DNA of 64,000 nt, from the NCBI GenBank assembly GCA_002269645.1, contig NIVC01002278.1:1-64000 (forward strand), written 5' to 3'. Source of the DNA: Macrostomum lignano. Taxonomy: Eukaryota. The position numbers and the translations under genes are program-made. The notes under the pieces were generated by a model. It was not told the DNA's origin and did no database searches. It was given only the letters and a program-made list of their open reading frames with translations. Below are positions 58,059-64,000 of this stretch, piece by piece. The number at the start of each line of letters is the position of its first letter. Position 1 is the stretch's first letter.

Positions 58059-59689
58059 GTCGTATTTTTATGGCCCCGAGGGAAGTGATACGATCTCTTG
58101 GTCACGTGAGTTTGGGTGGCAACAAGCTCAGCCAATCAGAAAATTCGACGTGCGTTATAACATATCGGCTCAGCCAATCAGAATCGAGGTGTTCCATTAT
58201 AACGAATTGCGGTCCAGTTGGCGGCTATAAAAACCGGCGTTTTTGGCCCGCTCGGACTTCAACGTGGCCGGTCACCTGTCACCTGACACCCGGCTGCTAC
58301 TCGCGACCGTCGTCTCTTGATCCCCGGATCGCGACCCCCCCCCCATCATCATCAAGGACGAATTCCCCCGGTCGTCAGCAGCGAACATCAAGGTTAAAGA
58401 TCATCACCTGCTAGTTTTCTGCGAAGATTGTGACATCAGCATCATCCCGGGTCTACAGCTGCGAAGCACTAAGCCGATTCGGTCACTGTGGATTACCTGG
58501 TCTCCGGCTGTTGAGTTTCTGATTGGTTGGGTGAGAGGCTGCCTAGACTTGCTTGATTGGGTGATTCCTTACCTGTCCCCGGTTTCAGTAGCTGGATTAG
58601 GCCCACACTTTTGCTCATTTTGTTCAGTAGTGCTGTTATCGAGGCATAAATCACTTAATAATACTGATAGTAGTCTGAAACTCCAATTCAATCTGAGGTG
58701 TGAAGTGATCTAAGGAGAAGGTTAAATCTGACAGGTGTTATTGTTGTCGGTTTTATTTCTTTGTTCGCCGATGGCTCAGATGAGTAGCTAAGCTAGTAGG
58801 CGCCGGTCATAGTGGACCAATGGCAAGGCAGTTCTCAGTCGATCAATCTATCAAATCAGTGAGCAAAATTACCAATAGTACAAAATCGGCGCTAGAGATA
58901 TACTCTGTGCACTCTAGGTTTGCCAAGCGGCTCGGGTAATGAATCATGCGGTCTCCGATGTTCGAGTTAGCCTATCATCAGCGCTAAGAGAGGCTGGTTG
59001 GCGCGTTGAAGGCCAAAAGTACAATTCCTCGTATGTAGCAATGTAATAGTGCATTTAGCTACCCCATAGTCTCGCCACTGCAAGAATCCCCTGCACAAGT
59101 CCCCTCTGTACCTGTATGGCCAATGCGATCAAGTCCCAGCAGTGTCCCTTATCATCGGCTATGACTTCGAGATTGACAGCAAAAAGACACTAGTTGGCAG
59201 GTAAGTGCAAAGCCCCTTCTAGTCGGAAGCCCGATTTCGAAAGTTCCGGTTTGGTGAGCCAGGACGCACGGGCTGGTGGCAGCGGGTTAGTTAATCTGCG
59301 GATTGGCTGATCTCTACCTTCAAAATTCTCCCTGCTTGTCTCTCGCTGTCCCTCTCTTAGCTAGAGGACCTAGACTGCTCGCCACACGATCAAGCTACCA
59401 TGGAGCTGACCATCTGACAGGAGTGGGGGGCCCAGGACTCTAATTGATTTATTTCTGAGACCTGAGGCCCGAAGGTTCCCCACAAGGGGGCCGAAAGTTT
59501 GAAACCCATCATGCTTAAACACAGATCAGACTTACCAACTTGCTCGCTTTTTCCCGTCTATGCAATGTGTTCGTTTTGCATCGAGAGGTTGTTGATGGCT
59601 TATGGCTCGTATCCAGCTCCTGTATTGTTGTGTTCAAGCCTAACTGGAATCCTGGATGTATCCAGCACCGCCCGATTGTTCATCCCTAG

Positions 59690-60329
59690 CGAGCTCCGGC
59701 TGGAGTACATCGCCGAACTGGACGCTCGCGAGCAGCAGACTCTGCGAAAGCTGCGACTTGCCTCGTCGTTCATCCTGCCGGACAGCTGCGCCGGAGCGTG
59801 CATCCGCGGCGCCGACGCCGACGCTCAGAGCAGCTGCGACTCCGCTGTACGGCGACAGCGTCGACGGTCCCGACGCCTGCGCCCGCTGCCGGCCCCGGCC
59901 AGCTGGGACCCGTCGGCGGCCTCCAGCCCAGTCAGCGCCGCCGACGCTCCTCGATCGAAATCCAGCCAGCAATTGACGATGCCAGCCGGCTTGTCGGCTG
60001 CTGTACAACGCGGCGGCACCGTCGGCAGCCGGCTCTGCGTTCACGGCGAGATGTCGCACCGACGCCGGGCCTCCGCCGCTGCCAGCCCGTCGGCCGTCGT
60101 CCTGGAGATTAGCGACTCAACCGACAGCGATCGAGGCAGCGGCGGCGGCGTCGGCGGCCGCGACAGCGGCAGTGGCGATGACAGCAGTCGGTTCTGCCAC
60201 TCACTCGGCAACATTCACTCCAGAGGAGCTGCCATCGTGACGACTGCCGCCCCTGATCCGTCCGGATCCGCTGCTATTTACTTTGCCGTGCCGTCACTGC
60301 GGCAGGCGTCACCAACGTTAGCCGAGTGA
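59690..60329 (+). CDS. Uncharacterised membrane protein, exon 3 (Ser/Ala/Arg-rich tail)
   Basis: Acceptor catccctag|C, phase 2 (alternative tatccag|C at 59666); open to the stop at 60329 in the ORF 59499..60329 frame. Confidence 0.7.
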
Positions 60330-60374
60330 CAAGCCGGTCGTTTGCTTCAAACGTTTACCGGAGTACCGAGGCAC

Positions 60375-60735
60375 TGTACTGATCCTGTACTGTACTGATC
60401 TTGCACTGTATTGATCTTGTACTGTACTGATCTTGTACTGTACTGATATTGTACTGTACTGATCTTGTACTGTACTGATCTTGTACTGTAATGATCTTGT
60501 ACTGTACTGATCTTGTACTGTACTGATCTTTTACTGTACTGAACTTGTACTGTGCTCATCTTGTACTGTACTCATCTTATACTGTACTCATCTTGTACTG
60601 TACTCATCTTGTACTGTACTCATCTTGTACTGTGCTCATCTTATACTGTGCTCATCTTGTACTGTGCTCATCTTATACTGTACTCATCTTGTACTGTACT
60701 CATCTTGTACTGTACTCATCTTGTACTGTACTGAT
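60375..60735 (+). repeat. 16-bp minisatellite (TGTACTGTACTGATCT / TGTACTGTACTCATCT)n, about 22 copies
   Basis: Read directly. Confidence 0.95.
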
Positions 60736-60839
60736 GATTGATGATTGTATCTCTGCTTTGGCAATAGCATATACAGATGATATTTATTAGATAACATTTT
60801 ATCTGTCGGTATAGTGCCGCTACAGTCAGCAAACAAACA

Positions 60840-61380
60840 GACTGTCCTTACAGTATCCCCCAGACAGTGTCCCTAGACAGTGTCTCCCTGACAATATTCT
60901 CAGACAGTGTCTCCCAGACAATATCCCTCAGACATTATCCCTCAGACAGTATTCTTCAGACAGTATCCCTCAAACAGTATCCCACAGACAGTATCCCTCA
61001 GACAGTATCCCTCAAACAGTATCCCCAGACAGTATCCCCAGACAGTGTCCCCAGACAGTATCCCTCAGACAGTGTCCCCAGACAGTGTCCCCAGACAGTG
61101 TCCCCAGACAGTGTCCCCAGACAGTGTCCTCAGACAGTATCCCTCAGACAGTGTCCCTCAGACAGTGTCCCCAGACAGTGTCCCCAGACAGTGTCCCCAG
61201 ACAGTGTCCCCAGACAGTGTCCTCAGACAGTATCCCTCAGACAGTATCCCTCAGACAGTATCCCCAGACAGTGTCCCCAGACAGTGTCCTCCAGACAGTA
61301 ACTCTCAGACAGTGTCCCCCCAGACAGTGTCTCCTATAGACAGTGTCCCCTAGACAGTGTCCCCCAAAGTGTCCCCCAGA
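60840..61380 (+). repeat. 13/14-bp minisatellite (CAGACAGTGTCCC / CAGACAGTATCCCT)n, about 40 copies
   Basis: Read directly. Confidence 0.94.
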
Positions 61381-63262
61381 GCTTATTCAACACAGTGCCC
61401 CTAACCATAAAACAACATATTTAGGTATGTTATTGCTAGTTATTCAATGTTTGTTTTCAGTAAATACACTGCAGTTGCCAGCTTGAAAGCTTACTTAGAA
61501 TATTGCAATACATGGTAGCTCACAAGCAATTTTTTAAGTGTAAAAAGTGAGTGAAATGCAAATTAAGAAAATGTTTTCTGACTTTCGAATATAATGGTTA
61601 TATGCTCTACTAACTCAGGGTTCAGAATTGGCCCCGGTCTTCTACTCGTGTTTAATTCGTGGTTGTATATTTGTTTATAATAATAACGTTAAGATTATGG
61701 TGGTTTGTAACAAGTTTAATATTGCAATAGCATTGACAAGACTGGGTGGCGGGCTTCAACTGAACTTCATTTTGAATTGCCTCGCCCACACCAACTACAC
61801 TAAAAGCGTGTAATCGTTGAATTCAATATAATTTTTTAGGCAGTTAATATCCGTATGTGACTACTTAAAATAGGGAATATCGAATTTGCTATATTGCTAT
61901 TAGTTTTTACTTTAACAAAATCAAATCACGCCAAAACTTAACACAATTATGTTATTAAAAAGTTTTTGTTTAGTTTCAAAACGAATTTCTTGCTTTAGTT
62001 ACCGAATAAAAAAGAAATCGATTGTCAATACTGAATTTTGGCGCGATTTTGGTTTTTCAAAAACTTGTTAAATTAATTATTGGACAATGTTAGATTGCTC
62101 AGTTACTCCCATGCTAAAAATAGTTTTTAAACAAAAGTTAAGTTAAACAAATAAACAGAAAATATTATGTGAATGCTAAAAACTAATGACAGAGTTTCCT
62201 TGAGAAAAAACAATAAACGGAAACAGACAACAGCGGTCCTTCTGTTCGAGTAAACGAAATTTGTGTTTAAGAAGCTGTAAAATGTGTAAAATTGGATTAT
62301 TGTCACAATTGATAAATACGATTAGCTATAGTTCGAGTACAACACTATAAAACACCAGTGTTTGATTAGGAGTCACGAGCTACACACAAATACTACTCGG
62401 ATTTTTCATAAATCGGCCTCAAAAAGAGCTTATATTATGCATCGCAAAAAGTACAAACAAAAAAACTCAGAAAAGTTAAAATGTCGGTAAATCAGTTAAA
62501 ACAACTTTTAGAGGCTAACTGAAAGCAAAACTTAGCAAAGCACGCGTCGCCTCTAGGAGCGTCTAAATTCTAAACTATTACAATTAATAATGGCTGCAAA
62601 ATGCAACAAAAATACATAGAAAGAACTAATACACTGGAACATTTTGTTATTGTGCTTAGCAAAGTCTTCAAGCCGGAAAAAACTAGAAGTTTTGTTTTAA
62701 CGGTTGCTCACCTAATTAAAACAATTAACTGCTCAGGAAGTTTTGCTAAGCACAATTCTGAACTGAGGTTACCTAATAGGGTAGTAACAACAGCAATAAA
62801 ATATTTGAGCCTTTGCAAGCTACTGCACTGTGACACACAGCCTATTATAGCAACTAGCTAGTGGGACCAATTTTTAAATAATAAAAAATAAAGCGACTAG
62901 AACGACAACAGAAACCGAGTTTCTAGCACGAAAATTCCTAGCAATTAACTAATAAATTATTAATAACCTTTGTCTAAGCTTGAAGAGCGGTAAAATACCA
63001 GAAATTGGGGTTAACGACAAAATTGGATAAAAAAATTGTTTCCATCGTCTAACCCGGAACTGCATCGACTTAGTTCATCCCCCTTTCCCCCTAAATTTCT
63101 CGCGTGTTCTCATTATTATAAAATTGACAAAAAGCGCAGAAAAATCCCACAACTATATTCCCATTGGACCTTTGCATTCGAATGCTGTTAGTCTTGACAA
63201 CAGTCCCCAATAACCTGTTTTGCCTTTTAACATGTAGCTTTATTCTTTGACTATTTGGACTT

Positions 63263-63427
63263 TTAATAGCCGCCCTGCTGGTACTGGCTGCCAGCTGAGA
63301 GATCTCCGCCGTAGTGCTGCTGCTGCTGCTGCTGGAAGTCACCGCCATGAGCGAATGGAGGCTGTTGTTGTTGCTGCTCCTGCTGCTGCTGCTGCTGCTG
63401 CTGACCACTTCCAATCTGATTCTCAAT
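63263..63427 (-). CDS. Terminal coding exon of a minus-strand gene continuing beyond the window
   Basis: Strong acceptor tctgtctcctcttttcag|ATT; IENQIGSG-Q8-E-Q5-PPFAHGGDF-Q6-HYGGDLSAGSQYQQGGY-stop; AATAAA at 63244-63239. This frame is absent from the ORF track. Confidence 0.7.
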   Translation of the reverse strand: MENQIGSGQQQQQQQQEQQQQQPPFAHGGDFQQQQQQHYGGDLSAGSQYQQGGY

Positions 63428-63469
63428 CTGAAAAGAGGAGACAGAGCTAGTAGATTTATTGTGTTGCTA

Positions 63470-64000
63470 AGGGATATCAGTGTGTTGCTAAGGGAGATCA
63501 GTGTGTTGCTGAGGGAGATTTAGTGTGTTGCTAAGGGAGATCAGTGTGTTGCTGAGGGAGATCAGTGGGTTGCTAAGGGAGATCAGTGTGTTGCTGAGGG
63601 AGATCAGTGTGTTGCTAAGGCGGATCAGTGTGTTGCTGAGGGAGATTTAGTGTGTTGCTAAGGGAGATCAGGGTGTTGCTAAGGGAGATCAGTGTGTTGC
63701 TGAGGGAGATCAGTGTGTTGCTAAGGGAGATCAGTGTGTTGCTGAGGGAGATCAGTGTGTTGCTAAGGCGGATCAGTGTGTTGCTAAGGGAGATCAGTGT
63801 GTTGCTGAGGGAGATCAGTGTGTTGCTGAGGGAGATCAGTGTGTTGCTAAGGCGGATCAGTGTGTTGCTAAGGGAGATCAGTGTGTTGCTAAGGCGGATC
63901 AGTGTGTTGCTAAGGGAGATCAGTGTGCTGCTAATGGAGATCAGTGTGTTGCTGAGGGAGATCAGTGTGTTGCTAAGGGAGATCAGTGTGTTGCTATGGT
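63470..64000 (+). repeat. 21-bp minisatellite (AGGGAGATCAGTGTGTTGCTA)n, at least 25 copies, runs off the window
   Basis: Read directly. Confidence 0.97.

Noticed and set aside
63347-63523. Plus-strand MSEWRLLLLLLLL... as a signal peptide with good Kozak context
   Set aside because: It is the antisense of the CAG/CAA Gln runs; the minus-strand reading has a strong acceptor, stop and polyadenylation signal.

Overview
This is eukaryotic (metazoan) genomic DNA, not bacterial. The GC-rich exons, short spliceosomal introns and very dense minisatellites suggest a flatworm such as Macrostomum (inference only). Genes: a two-exon foxG (12186-13345, probably to 13518 once a 1-bp frameshift is corrected). 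A four-exon minus-strand gene for a secreted EGF-receptor-ligand-like protein of 417 aa (27258-25068). A three-exon plus-strand gene for an uncharacterised signal-peptide/transmembrane protein (52822-60329). A coiled-coil exon (51280-51834), a Gln-rich terminal exon of a minus-strand gene (63263-63427) and a few candidate exons. Mobile DNA: a Mag-like Ty3/Gypsy element cut by the window edge (1-3880) whose lesions are almost all 1-bp indels; a complete but decayed Ty3/Gypsy element with LTRs, a 4-bp TSD and no reverse transcriptase (40762-47119); two copies of a tRNA-Glu-like SINE; one CORE-type SINE; one candidate MITE. About one third of the window (roughly 21 kb by my hand tally) is tandem repeat, including 12 apparently identical 273-bp units carrying a GCGAAGC-capped hairpin. 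I see no CRISPR array, rRNA or intact tRNA gene. Most long ORFs in the supplied track are translations of tandem repeats. All coordinates were counted by hand.
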